The notes under the pieces: generated by a model
What the model was told of the DNA's origin: nothing
Database searches by the model: none
The model's input: only the letters and a program-made list of their open reading frames with translations
Source: Utricularia gibba
Taxonomy: Eukaryota > Plantae > Magnoliophyta
Direction of reading: 5' to 3'
DNA: 64,000 nt
NCBI GenBank assembly: GCA_002189035.1
Contig: CM007992.1
Coordinates: 496,001 to 560,000, forward strand
Position numbers and translations under genes: made by a program
In this document: piece by piece, positions 33,539 through 46,600 of the stretch
Position numbering within the stretch: the first letter of the stretch is position 1
Layout of the letters: each line of letters opens with the position of its first letter

Positions 33539-33775
33539 TCAGGGTGGCAGTATGCCACCTCCGGCGCCGGCGCCACCGAACCCGCCGAAAACGGGGATGA
33601 CGCCGGCCCACCCTCCGACTCCTCCGAAGGCCACGAAATTCTTTTCGTCCTTCACTCCCGCCACGGGCGCATCCGCCGCGGCGGTCACCACGTTCTCCGA
33701 ACTGGGAATGTTCCTGGCGGAGACCACCGCCGTGAGAGCGAGGACGAGCAAGAGAACTGCGGACACTCTCGACAT
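33539..33775 (-). CDS. Small secreted glycine-rich cell-wall-type protein, 78 aa
   Basis: Signal peptide MSRVSAVLLLVLALTAVVSA, then RNIP...KDEKNF...GGVGG...GGFGGAGAGGG, matching the ARNVP...DQKNF Gly-rich family; TATA-like motif at about 33830. Confidence 0.8.
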   Translation of the reverse strand: MSRVSAVLLLVLALTAVVSARNIPSSENVVTAAADAPVAGVKDEKNFVAFGGVGGWAGVIPVFGGFGGAGAGGGILPP

Positions 33776-33907
33776 GTAGGCTGATCAGGAGAAGGAAATG
33801 GGATGCTTTACGGCTAGTGGTGTGGGAACTTATAGAAGAGGGAGATTGAATGCATAGAAGAGACTGTAGGTGAAGGGGAAAGCGAAGAGAATTTAATGGC
33901 GATCGTG

Positions 33908-33945
33908 CATGCATGGCATGCAGCCCATGCATGACTTACACGTGT
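33908..33945 (-). promoter_or_regulatory. RY/Sph + G-box module upstream of the Gly-rich protein gene
   Basis: CATGCATG at 33908 and 33926, CATGCA at 33917 and ACACGTGT at 33938, all within 38 bp and about 80-115 bp upstream of the TATA-like motif. Confidence 0.6.
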
Positions 33946-34023
33946 CCAGTGCTACGCTCTCTACGTCACTAGCTAAGTTTTTTTGAAAACAACGTATTAA
34001 ACGACTGGGCTGCGGTGGGCTGC

Positions 34024-34475
34024 CATGAGGAGTCGAGCTGGGCTGTCATGCGGACCCGGGCTGGGATGCATGAGGAGCCGGGCTGGGCTTCCATGAGGAG
34101 CCGGGCTGGGCTGTCATGAGGAGCCGGGCTGGGCTATCATGAGGAGCCGGGCTGGGCTACCATCAGGAGTCGAGCTGGGCTGTCATGAGGAGCCGGGCTG
34201 GGCTGCATGAGGAGCCGGGCTGGGCTACATGAGGAGACGGGCTGGGCTGCATGAGGAGCCGGGCTGGGCTGCATGAGGAGCCGGGCTGGGCTGCCATGCG
34301 GAGCCGGGGTGGGTTGTCATGAGGAGGCGGGCTAGGCTGCATGAGGACCCGGGCTGGGCTGCATGAGGAGCCGGGCTGGGCTTCCATGAAGATCTGGGCT
34401 GGGCGTCCATGAGGAGACGGGCTAGGCTGCATGAGGAGCCGGGCTGGGCTGCCATGAGGAGCCGGGCTGGGAAGC
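34024..34475. repeat. GC-rich minisatellite: 20 tandem units of 22-23 bp, consensus CATGAGGAGCCGGGCTGGGCTG(C/T)
   Basis: Units counted directly, starting at 34024, 34047, 34069, 34092 ... 34430, 34453; a degenerate partial unit lies at about 34005. Confidence 0.95.
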
Positions 34476-34841
34476 CACGACTTTCTGGGGTGGTGCCGAC
34501 GATAGGCGACAATGGTCAGAGAAAATAGGGATCAATTTTTCTGAATTATTAAATAATAAGGACTAAATAGATATAATTGATGACCAATTATAAATTGTAT
34601 TTATATAGTGATGAACAAAAATTATTGAAATAAAAAAGATTGTACGATAGATAGGTTGCCGGTGGGCATGGGTCTATTTAATAATTTAAATCAGGAAAAC
34701 AATTAAAATTCCTTTACGCTTCCCAACGAACGCAATTCGTCTTCGGATAAGACTTGGCGTGTTCTCACGTGTTTAGTCGTAATTTCGTTGTGTATATATT
34801 TCTTCCCAAAGAGAGAGGGAGAACACAATTTGGAGAAGGAA

Positions 34842-37800
34842 ATGGAGAAGGCGGCTGATCGGCAGAGGGTGTTGCTTCAGCATCTGCGTCCTTCGTTTAC
34901 GTCGTCTTCTGTTGAGGATATCCAGTCTTCGCTTTCCGTCAGTTCCATCTTTCTTTGTTGTCAACTCCTCGTGCTTGATTCATGTGTTTGATGGTGGCTG
35001 ATTGTATGCGTAACTGATCTAGGTTTTTCGAAATTCGCTCTTTTTGTTTAATCATCTGGGTCGGTATGCGTGTTCGACATGATTCGTCAGTTTCTGTTTC
35101 TTAGTTAGGTCCTTGTCTCCTTGATTTCCTTTTGTGTTGTTCTAAGGTGGTGATCGGTGACTGTCGCCTGATGGATTCATGAGAGAGTTCCAGCTTATGC
35201 CTTCGTGTTTCTTGATCTGTGTTTTAAAGCTCGGGTTTTAGTTTATATTTTACGATGTTCATCGGAGGCATAGTGAATTGAGGAGTGTAGAAGACTAATC
35301 TGACTGCGATATCTCTTCTGTGCTCAGGCATCTATATGCCTAGCTGGGGACAGTGCACCATACCATCGATCTTCGGTCTTCGGTGATGATGTTGTGATTG
35401 TTGCGTAAGTGATCTGTTTCTCTTGATGCATTCTGAATTTTGTGGTGATGGTGTAATTTATTGTGGTTTCACATTTTCAGGGCCTTTCGGTCTGCTCTGT
35501 GCAAGTCAAAGAGGGGCGGCTTCAAAGACACTTATCCAGATGACATACTTGCTCCTGTCTTGAGGGTAATGTTTCTACGAAGTTGCTATGCTTGATCACT
35601 AGAATTTTAAGTTGGAGAGTTCTCATTACCTCACAATGTATTAGGCCTTGATTGAAAAAACGAAAATTAATCCAACTGAGGTTGGGGATATTGTCGTGGG
35701 AACTGTGTTGGCACCAGGATCACAAAGGGCAAGCGAATGCCGAATGGCTGCATTTTATGCCGGTTTTCCTGGTACAGTGCGTGGCGTGTGACTTGTTCGT
35801 TATTTTTCTTCTATTGTATGCCTTTCCTTCAAAAATTATTGAACCTTTGCTGGGGATTACTTTTTATGGGGATCCAGAAACCGTTCCTATCAGAACTGTG
35901 AATAGGCAATGCTCATCTGGCCTTCAAGCCGTAGCTGATGTTGCCGCAGCGATTAAAGCAGGATTTTATGATATTGGTAGGTGCATGAAACATTTTTTGA
36001 TTATACATGTTAATTGCGTAGTTCAGTCTCTTTAGCATTTGCCGTGATTATTCCTGACTCCAGGAATTGGGGCTGGACTGGAATCAATGACAGTTAATCC
36101 TATGGCTTGGGAAGGATCGGTGAACCCCAGGGTATGTGTATATTCCTCATTGTATTACTCCATTCAAGCATTCAGACGATTCCTAAACTGGAAACTGATA
36201 AACTTAATGGCCGTTCAGGCACAGCTGATAACCCAAGCCCAGGATTGCCTTCTTCCTATGGGTGTCACATCAGAAAATGTTGCACACCGGTTTTCTGTGA
36301 CCAGGAAGGAGCAGGATGAAGCTGCCGTAAGTTGAACATACTTAATTGCACCCCACTAGCGTCTGAAGGTGCATCTTGCTGAGCCTTATTTAAACCACCT
36401 TCCCAGTTAGATTCACACAGGAAGGCTGCTGCTGCAACTGCTGCCGGCAGATTCAGGGATGAGATAATCCCAATTAAAACCAAGGTATGATGCTATTTTT
36501 TTGTCTTTTTTGTCACCGAGTTAAGTGCTTATTGATTTCATTATAATTTTCTTAAAAAAAGATTGTGGATCCAAAAACCGGAGATGAGAAAGAAATTACA
36601 GTCGCGGTTGATGATGGTATAAGACCCAACGCTTCATTGTCAGATTTAAGTAAGCTAAAACCTGTTTTCAAGAAAGATGGCACAACCACTGCCGGTACAG
36701 TAATAATTCATTCATTTCATTCTTCATTTTTATATTTATGACTTGTATCTTTGATATTGTATCTATGTGATTCAGGGAATTCTAGCCAAGTCAGTGATGG
36801 TGCTGGAGCCGTCCTACTAATGAGAAGAAGCGTTGCTATCCAGAAAGGACTTCCAATCTTAGGAGTATTTAGGTTTGACTTTTCGTAACACCGTTATGGA
36901 ATTGTTCTGGTTAGCTTAAATTTTATGAACTAATCGTGGTGCTCTTCTGTTTCTTCTGTAAAGGAAATTTATAGTCCGACTGTATGGAAAGTATTTTATA
37001 TCTTGACTACTGCTTCTCTTTGAATCATTGCTTTACAATGAGTCGTGTATCTGGTGCATTGTCAGTTGTCAACCGTATGATGACTTTCTCATGGTAAATG
37101 ATGTAGGAGCTTCGCTGCTGTGGGAGTAGACCCTGCAATCATGGGGGTCGGCCCAGCTGTTGCAATTCCTGCTGCTGTAAAAGATGCTGGTCTTGAGCTT
37201 GGAGACATTGATCTATTTGAGATAAACGAGGTAACTGAGTATAACTTACACTTTCAAACACAATAAAGTGATCCTGATGCATGTGCATCCTTTGTCAGGC
37301 TTTTGCTTCCCAATTTGTATACTGCCAGAAGAAGCTTGACCTGAACCCTGAAAAAATCAATGTCAATGGTGGTGCCCTTGCAATCGGTCATCCATTGGGA
37401 GCCACAGGTACCAAACGTTCATTTTCCCTTTTCCTTGCAGTCCCAGGACAAGGGCTCCCAATAGAGGGAGTCTCTGCTGCATCAATTCTTATTTTTTTAG
37501 TTAATTAGGATTGATAGAGTTCATCAGTTTGGGCTGCTAATCTGATGCTATAGTAGAAGAAGTGTACATAATGGTGATCCTAGTTGATTGCTGATTGCTG
37601 TTCTCTATTACCTGTGCAGCTCCTTACTCTCCTCTTCTTTTAATGCATTGTCTGGGACTTGTCCATGTGCAGGAGCTCGCTGCGTCGCCACTCTCCTCCA
37701 CGAAATGAGACGTCGTGGTAGAGATTGCCGCTACGGCGTAGTGTCCATGTGCATAGGTCCGTCTTTCTCCCCCTCCATCTCCTCATTGTTTCACTCATCC

Positions 37801-37937
37801 ATGCTATTGACAAAACATGAAATTCAGGCACCGGGATGGGTGCTGCTGCTGTGTTCGAACGAGGCGACTCATGCGATGAACTCACCAACGCCCGCAGGAT
37901 CGAAGCGCACAACTTTCTATCCAGAGACGCCCAGTAA
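34842..37937 (+). CDS. KAT2: Peroxisomal 3-ketoacyl-CoA thiolase (KAT2/PED1), about 14 exons
   Basis: PTS2 RQRVLLQHL; [12 protein letters not shown] (catalytic Cys); GVTSENVA; NSSQVSDGA; FEINEAFA; [14 protein letters not shown]; [16 protein letters not shown]. Confidence 0.97.
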
Positions 37938-38324
37938 ACACGCAACAGCCGGCCAACTCATGCTTGTTTCTTATATACAGAATAACGCTACTGCGCGCAC
38001 TCTGTCCCCCTCAGTTAGAACTGCCGCTTCTGGTTGATTGGTTGCCGATATGGTGTATTCTTCTTCTACTTCTTCCCAAACTTGAAAATCTTGAGGACCG
38101 CCCAATAATGTCGGAAAGTGTGTGAAAAAGTGTTTCGGTGATCTCGTTTCCATATTCATTGCTCCGGCGCCGTTGCAGCACAGCGCGTAATCAGTATGTA
38201 GCCCGTCTCCGTCACCGGAGTAGAATTCGCCGGTTGGTTTCTCTGATTCTTCGTCATTTCACTGATCGGTAACTATTTGATCGCCATTCGCCAAACTCTG
38301 CAACTACAACCGCCAATTTGTGCT

Positions 38325-38380
38325 TATTTATACTAAGCGCTTTGGGCTTCCAATTAGTTGCTCTAATTGGGCCTTGGGCC
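38325..38380. promoter_or_regulatory. Three site II elements (TGGGCY) plus a minus-strand TATAAATA
   Basis: TGGGCT at 38343, TGGGCC at 38368 and 38375; TATTTATA at 38325-38332. Confidence 0.5.
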
Positions 38381-39054
38381 TGTATTTAATTCTATCATCC
38401 AGACGAGGCCTAACGGAGACAGTAAAAATTTAACTCTAGTTTTAATTTATTCAAACTGTATTTGATTTTGTTTCTCAAAAATAATTTTTTAATAAATTCT
38501 GCATTTTTTAAAATAGAAGCTGTTTCTTTGATAACAAAACAAGCTTTGGAGTTTTTTTTTTCAGAATATTGCAAATATATCATTAATTTGTTTAAGAATT
38601 TCTATTTTTTTTTAGTTTTTATTTAAAATTGTAATTTCTGAAAAAAAGGGGGAAACGCTGGGGGGACAAGCTATTATCGGGTCGGGCTGGCCCGCCCATG
38701 CCCACTGTTCTTCAATTTCAGTTAATGGGGATGCAAATGTCAATAACAGAAGGGAAGGCTCCGAAGTCCATAGATCACGGGAAGAAGAAGACGGCTGTCG
38801 CCGTAACCATTTTTTCTTTTCTTGGTAGATTCTAGTATCCAGTTTTCATCTTTCTGTTTTCGAAATTTTTTCGCATTTCTTTTTGCTTTTTTGGAAATTT
38901 TAGGATATGAATGCAACCATTGAAAGGTTTTTCTATGCTGTGTGTTTTCCCGAATGATTGCTGAGTGCTTTTCTAGATAATATGTATGCCAAGCATGTGG
39001 TTTGCTTAGGAGGTGAGTCTTTTACTGAGTTCTGTTTGTTCCTGGAGTAGAATC

Positions 39055-42000
39055 ATGTTGAGAAAAGTGATATCGAAGACCCGTCATCTGAAATTGACGA
39101 GTAGAAGGGTATACAGTGGTGTAGGTGTGGAGACACATGATGGAGGCAACCAACAAGTTAGGATTCTCCTCAATTAAGCATATATTTTCCTTCATATCTC
39201 GTCCATCAGTTTTACTTTATATGGATCATTGATCAGACTAATTTGAAGGCTTATATACTCTGTTCAGGAGGTTCAGGATTATGGAGATTGGAATGAGGCC
39301 CCGGTTCATGATGTTGCTATTGTTGGAGGTGGCATGGTTGGCATGGCCCTGGCCTGCGCTTTGGGTAATATTTTCCCTACTTTTAACGATCCATCGTGTG
39401 TGGAAGTGCTTCCCATCTACGATAATATGGAATTCCTTTGGGTGGCTGTGGCCTCTAATGACATTGACCACATGGAGTCTTATCATTTCAGCCAACCAGC
39501 CATTCTCGAAGAACTTGAGTATTGCCATCATTGACAACAATCCTGCATTGCTTAGTGATGGTCCTATTAGCAAAGTGGATCTCCCTGAGCCTAGAGTCAG
39601 TACCGTAACACCAGCAACGATAGATCTTTTTAGAGGTATTGGTAGTTTTTTTTTTAGAAAAGGTTTTACATTTACAACTTGTGTCCTAATAAATAATCCA
39701 TTTGAGTCTATCTCTGTCTTATTCGTTTATTGCTATAACCAAGTGTGTTACTTCGTTGCTCCGAAGAGGTATGTGGATGACATTTTAAAGCTTCAGCTGG
39801 TTTTTTTTTTTTTTTTTTATCAGAATGCCTTTTGTCACTTACGATGCTTTCTTTCTTTATTAAAATTAAGAACTCTCGGAACTCTTTAGATATTTCAAAT
39901 TTCTTTTTAAAAACATGGGCTATCTATTTGTGACCTTAGGAAGAATCATGATAATGTGCTGCATGCTGAGTTTACAGTTTAAGGCTTAATTATAAAACAG
40001 GATATCGTGGATTTGTAGTAGTTGAGAAAAAGAATTTCTCTAATGGGCTACTCGGTGCCTTTCTCTTTCAGATGTAGGTGCATGGAAATATGTTGAGCAG
40101 AATCGACATGCTTATTTTGATAAGATGCAGGTATTGAGATCTGGTGTCTGGTTACTGTATTGGTGTTTTAATGAATTCCCAGGCCCCTCTGCTCCTGAAA
40201 TTTTTCCTTAACTCTTAGGTTTGCCGTCAATGACCACATGAAATATTGCAAACCGTCAAACTTATTTGAGTTGTTTTTGTCAGGATTTTCAATGTCATAG
40301 TTATTAACAAATTGTAAGGTTCAATTTTTAATATTCCAGCATGTACAAGCTATTTTTCTTTTAGCGTGCTATTTGTCTTGCCTTAATTGTTCAATAATTA
40401 TCTTTTTAGTTGCTGCAATGTAAACTGTTTAACTGAGCTGATGGTATTTTGTATATTCTGTTATTATGTTTTGGACATCGTCTAGGTCTGGGATTACACG
40501 GGGCTTGGATGCACGAGATACAATGCTAGAGACATTTCCAAAGATTTTTTAGGGTAATTATGAATGCTGAAAGCCATTTTTTCATGCATCATTCATTTTT
40601 TTTGTCCTCAAATGAAAATTCGATATTTTTAAATAGGTGTGTGGTGGAAAATAAAGTGCTTCAGAGATCTCTATTTTCATCCCTGAAGGTACTCAACCCG
40701 ATTCTGTAGCTTTTGAAATTTCTGAATTTTTGTTACGTCTACTAATGTCATTGAAGGAGGAATACTTTGTTTGATTTTGTGAGAGTCAGTTTTTTATATT
40801 TTATCCACATTTCTTTCGTGGTTTGGAGAATTGTCATAATCTCTGAACCAGTTCCGGTATCTTTTTTCCGTTTGCTTGTGTACTTATTTGTTGTACCATA
40901 CTGTTTTCCTAGTGCAGCCAGATATTTGCGTGTAATAGGCAATGGTGTTTCTTAGAAGTTGCTCTCACCAATTGCTCGTATTATATCATGTATTATTCGG
41001 TGTCATCTCCAATTTTTCTTATGGATGCACCTTCAACAGGACTCAACTTCTCACCATAAAGTTTATTCTTCCAAGTTAAGTTCAATGTCAATGGAAACTC
41101 GCGCCTCACCGACAAATCAAGGATCATCAGTGAGACTGGTACTTGAGGATGGGAGTAGCTTGTACACAAAGCTAGTTGTAAGTTTTGAGTTGTTCGCTGC
41201 CAAACAGGCTCATAACATTTTCCAAGAAGATCTTTCTTCCATCATCATCTTCTTGAGCTTGCCATGTCTGTTCTTTATCCCCAGGTCGGGGCTGATGGTT
41301 CCAAATCGCGTGTAAAGGAATTGGCAAAGATATCCTCTAGTGGGTGGAAATATTCACAAGATGCCATCATATGCTCCGTAGAACATGCAGAGGAAAACCA
41401 TTGTGCCTGGCAGCGCTTTCTTCCCAGTGGTCCTATTGCCCTTCTACCAATTGGCGACCGTTTCAGCAACATTGTCTGGACAATGAGGCCTGAAGAGTCG
41501 ACCAATAGGAAGTCAATGGATGACATCGATTTTGTAAAGGAAGTAAACCGAGCTCTTGATAGCGGTTATGGTCCACACCCAAAGGTGGTTCCTTTTGTTG
41601 GGGAAGGTGCATTTTTATCCTGGCTTGGAGGTGGGACTGCTCCATCTTCAAAGGAGTGCTTTGAAATCCCTCCAAAAGTGATTAGACTCTCTTCCCAGAG
41701 ATTGGCCTTCCCACTATCTGTTCAACATGCTGATACCTACGCATCAAAACGCATTGTCCTGGTTGGTGATGCTGCTCACACCGTTCACCCCTTGGCTGGC
41801 CAAGGAGTTAATTTGGGGTTTGCTGATGCCCTCTCTCTTTCCAAGGTGATCTCCGAAGGCATCGCTGTCGGATCAGATATCGGTGAGGTACCAGTTTCTG
41901 CTCCTCCCTGTGTTCATTCAAAGACGGTCATTACTCAGATCACTTCCAGTCCATTCTTCTTGCCGGTTTAGCTGTGGACTAATGGATTAGTTTGTGTTGT

Positions 42001-42226
42001 GGTTCAGGTCACTTTACTGAAAAGATATGAATCGGAGAGAAGACCAGCCAACATGGCCATGATCGCGATCCTGGATGGGTTCCAGAAGGCGTATTCTGTT
42101 GATTTTGGGCCGTTGAATGTTGTTCGTGCGGCTGCGCTTCGTGTGGCGAACTCCGTTCCGCCGCTGAAGAGGAGCATCATCTCCTATGCATCCGGAGACC
42201 ACAGGTTTCCTCTCCTGTTGTCATGA
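39055..42226 (+). CDS. COQ6: Ubiquinone biosynthesis monooxygenase COQ6, mitochondrial; about 9 exons, start codon tentative
   Basis: DVAIVGGGMVGMALA (FAD-binding); PEPRVSTVTPAT; MQVWDYTG; VVENKVL; VGADGSKS; AWQRFLPSGPIALLP; IVLVGDAAHTVHPLAGQGVNLGFADA; SYASG. Confidence 0.94.
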
Positions 42227-43631
42227 ACTCCCGGCTTCTCATAACACGCTCTACAGAAACCTTCTTGTAGATCTCATTATTTAAATAAGAAATGCATAAG
42301 CTTCAACAGATACTGATGCCTAGAATTGAAGTGAATGTGACGCTTTTGGGAGTTTGTTTCATCCGTCCCCCAGATCCCAGAGTGGGCGGTTATGTCTCAC
42401 CGGTTTGTGTGGAAGCAGCCGCATCGCGATCGCCGGTGCAGGAAATGCGCGCCAACGGCGGCAAATCCATTTCACCCTCGCTGCGACGCCGCCGTTGGAT
42501 CCCTGATCGATAGATCATTCACCTGGTTATGCGAGCTATTAGGGCTTGGACGTGATTCCGCATTCAGTGAACTCACGCATGGCATCTGGTGAAGAAAAGG
42601 TCCCCATCATCTGGAACAGTAACAACGACCAAGATGGCCTGCCGAAGAATGCCTTGCCGTCGCCGGCGATGTTGTCGTCCTTGAAAACAAAACCATCGGC
42701 GCCGGGTGACCCCGCTTCATCACGTGCAACTGAATGATTGGACTGGTCAACAGGGACGGTGGTGGATCCCACTTGAGCGTCCCCCATCTCTGTCTCTGTC
42801 TGGTGAGCCCAACTACATAAATTCCTGTGAGAATAAGAGGCAAACATCTTACTAGCCCCCCACATTTAATATTATTCAAGATTCTCTTTTTCGTTGTACG
42901 TACTATGTAACTTAGCTTTACCTAATGATACTACCCCTAGCGAGAAGTTGCGAACTTTACTTAAGTTGTTCTGCTTCTTCATTTAGAACTATTAAACAAC
43001 TCTCCAAACTGAAATACAACTTCTAAGTTTTTACTCTGCGTTTGTTTCTCCTTGTCAAGGTTACGTTCAGCTGCTCCTTACTCTGTTTTCTGGGTGCTGA
43101 TGTGATACCTTTTGAGCAGATCGAGTAAAAAATCTTGTCTGGATTCTGCTTGCCTCATCGGTTTGACTGTAGGGAAAGCAACAAAACACAATAGTTCAAG
43201 TGGGAATGGAGATGGAAAGGATAAACGAAAAGGGTTTATTATTTTCATCTAAGGTCCTGGCCGTGGTGGGTTTCCGTAGTAACAACATTGCATTTACAAG
43301 GGCTTTGGAAAGAATCTCCATTTCACTTTACCACTCGCTTTCCTGGTCCTTTACTGTGGTTGCACCCAGCTTTGAAGCGCGCCTTCTTTTGTCTCTCTCT
43401 GCAAAAGTTTGGATCTTGGAATGTAATTTACTTGGTTTGTTGAGAAATGCTGGCCTTTTGAAGGGTTTTTTGAAGCCATTACTTCATTCATTCTTCTTCC
43501 TGCTGTTCTGCTCTACATTGTTTCCAAGTTTGCTTGTTTGACTGATTCTCTACTTTGGGAGGTGGCGGCATTGCGTTTTTTCTGTGTTTTACTAACTCGT
43601 GAAGTTGCAGTTAGTAACTGCTGATGATAGA

Positions 43632-46600
43632 ATGAGTTTCTTGTTGCTTTTTGTTCTGGTTCTATGTTCCATCTCCTGTTTAGCACAGCTTCCTTCCCAA
43701 GATATTCTTGCACTGCTTGAGTTCAAGAAAGGAATCAAGCATGACCCTACTGGTTTTGTGCTTGATTCATGGAACGACGAATCTATTGATTTCAATGGTT
43801 GTCCTTCATCTTGGAATGGTATTATGTGTAATGGAGGTAATGTTGCAGCAATAGTTCTTGACAACCTTCAGTTAACAGCTGAAGTTGATTTAGGTGTTCT
43901 CGCAAACCTTAGTTTCCTCGTGAAACTTTCAATCTCGAACAATTCTATTGCTGGGAAATTTCCGACCAATGTTGGTGACTTCAAGAGCCTTGAGTACCTG
44001 GATATTTCAGATAACCTGTTTTTCTCTTCATTGCCGTCAGAGATCAGCAAATTAGCAAGCTTAAAGAATCTGTCTTTAGCTGGAAACAACTTTTCTGGAT
44101 CGATACCAGAGGCCATTGCTGAAATCCCATCACTTCGGTCACTGGATTTGAGTCGAAATCTGCTTTCTGGCTCAATACCTGTGTCCTTGACAAGATTGGG
44201 AAGCTTGGTGTATCTTAATTTGTCTCAGAATACCTTCACAAGTAACATTCCTAAAGGTTTTGAGCTTATGAATCAACTGGATGTGCTTGACTTGCATGGC
44301 AATATGCTGGATGGTGAACTTGATCCTGACTTGCTTCTTCTTACAACTGCTAGATATGTTGATCTTAGTGGAAATGCACTGTCGTGTTCCATCAGTGAGC
44401 AGCAGAGATTTCTTTATGGGATCTCTCCTAGCATCAAGCATCTGAATCTAAGCCATAACAGGATAGTCGGATCGCTCGTCGGAGGACGAGAAACTCGAGC
44501 ATTTGGAAGCTTGCAGGTTTTGGATTTGAGTAACAATCAACTATCAGGGGAATTACCAGGCTTCAACTTTGCTTATTATCTGCAAGTCCTTAAACTTGGA
44601 AGCAACAATTTCATTGGTTCAGTTCCTTCTAGCCTTCTCAGAGCTGATTCTTTGGTTTTAACAGAGTTGGACTTGAGCAGAAACAACCTCTCAGGTATAT
44701 TTATCTTCGATACTGAAACCTCTGAATCACTATATCCCACTTTTGTTGATGCAAACTACGGTTTCGAAATGCTTTTGTGCCTGCCATCATTCAATTCGAG
44801 GCTGGTTTCATATAAGGAAATGGTTTTTTTTTTTTTGGTGAGCTTTTGGAACTGATTTGAAAAACAACAAACGTTATAACTCTGCCTTTGATTGATTCTT
44901 CATGTAACTTCAAATGTGCTGCATCACAGGCTCTATTGGTGCCATCACTTCAACCACACTTCACACTCTCAACCTCTCCTCAAACATGATATCTGGTGAA
45001 CTTCCATTGCTGACTGGGAGCTGTGCTGTGGTTGATTTCTCTAATAATCAGTTTGAAGGAACTTTGACCAGGATTTTGAGATGGGAGACATAGAAGTTCT
45101 TGATCTCAGCCAAAACCGTTTGGCAGGGCCGATTCCAGAGATAACAGCACAGTTTGTACGACTGAACTACCTGAACCTGTCTCATAACTTTCTGAATGGT
45201 TCTCTTCCAAAAGTCTTGACCCTTTACCCTAAACTTGCAACTATTGATCTCAGTTTCAATGAATTGGGTGGAGCTTTTCTATCTCTCCTCTTGGCATCAT
45301 CAACATTGACTGAGCTTCATCTGCAGAACAACATGATGTCTGGAAGTATTGATCTTTCTCCAGTATCCAATGTATCAGCTCTCCGTGTCCTTGATCTCTC
45401 TAACAATCAGTTCAGTGGTGATATTCCTGTAGAAATCGGATCATTCAATAGACTTCAAGAGCTCAGTATCGCCGGAAACCATTTTTCCGGCTTGATTCCT
45501 TCCTCTGTTGGTAATATTTTGACACTAACACTCCTGGACTTGTCAAGAAACCACTTATCAGGTGCACTGCCAGCGAACTTGTCTGGTGCTCTTCAAACTT
45601 TCAATGTATCATACAATGATCTCTCAGGTGTTGTCCCAGAAAACCTGAGGACATTTCCTCGATCGTCTTTCTTCCCCGGTAACTCCGACTTGAAACTTCC
45701 AAGCCCTGCTCATGACTCAGGCCACAGTTCATCCCGAAATCGGAACAAGGAACGGTCTATAACGATCATCATTGTTTTGATAGTTGTGGCTTCTGTTTTT
45801 GCTCTCTCTGTTGTGATCCTTTTGGCTATCTTGATGCATTGTAACTGGGCAACTCAAAGCACCCGCCCTCTTGCAAATATGAAAGATGTTAGCCGCCAGT
45901 CTTCAACGATTCCTTCCAGCTTTGGAGGTCGAGATAGTTCAGGTGGAATGCTGGGATCAGCACAGAATGTATTGCTTTCCAGGAAAGAAGCAGCAGCTGC
46001 TGCTGCTGCATCTGAATTAGTTAGAGAAGAGAAAATTGGTGCAATAACTGGCTTCTCCCCTTCCAAGGCCAGCCAGTTCTCCTGGTCGCCTGAGTCTGGT
46101 GATTCCTTCACCATGGAAACTCTTTCAAGACTGGATAACCGATCACCGGATCAGCTCGCCGGTGAACTCTATTTTCTCGACGACACGATCTCCTTCACCG
46201 CCGAGCAGCTCTCCAAGGCACCTGCAGAAGTCCTCGGAAGGAGCAGCCATGGTACATCCTACAAGGCCACCCTTGAGAACGGGATGTTCCTGACAGTTAA
46301 ATGGCTGAGAGAAGGAGTTGCGAAGCAGAAGAAGGAATTCATGAAAGAAGCAAAAAGGTTCACAAACATTCGACACCCGAATGTCGTATGCTTGAGAGGC
46401 TACTACTGGGACCAACACCACACGAGAAGCTGATTCTTACAGAATATGTTTCACCAGGAAGTCTTGCAAGTTTCCTCTACGGTTCATCCGATTACCATTA
46501 ATCTTTGTGAGCTTCCTTTCCCATCCTTTGTGACAGCTAACTGTATCTGTTTCTCCATCTGCAGATAAGCCAGGAAGAAGAGAACCGCCATTGACATGGC

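Noticed and set aside
34024-34475. Array interpreted as CRISPR
   Set aside because: Units are contiguous with no unique spacers, the context is eukaryotic, and there are no cas genes.
34163-34512. ORFs MQPSPSPH... and MSPIVGTT...
   Set aside because: By-products of the stop-poor minisatellite; the mixed 22/23-bp period does not preserve a frame.
42392-42592. RKCAPTAANPFH resembling a CLE dodecapeptide
   Set aside because: No signal peptide, the motif is internal, and the key G-P residues are missing.
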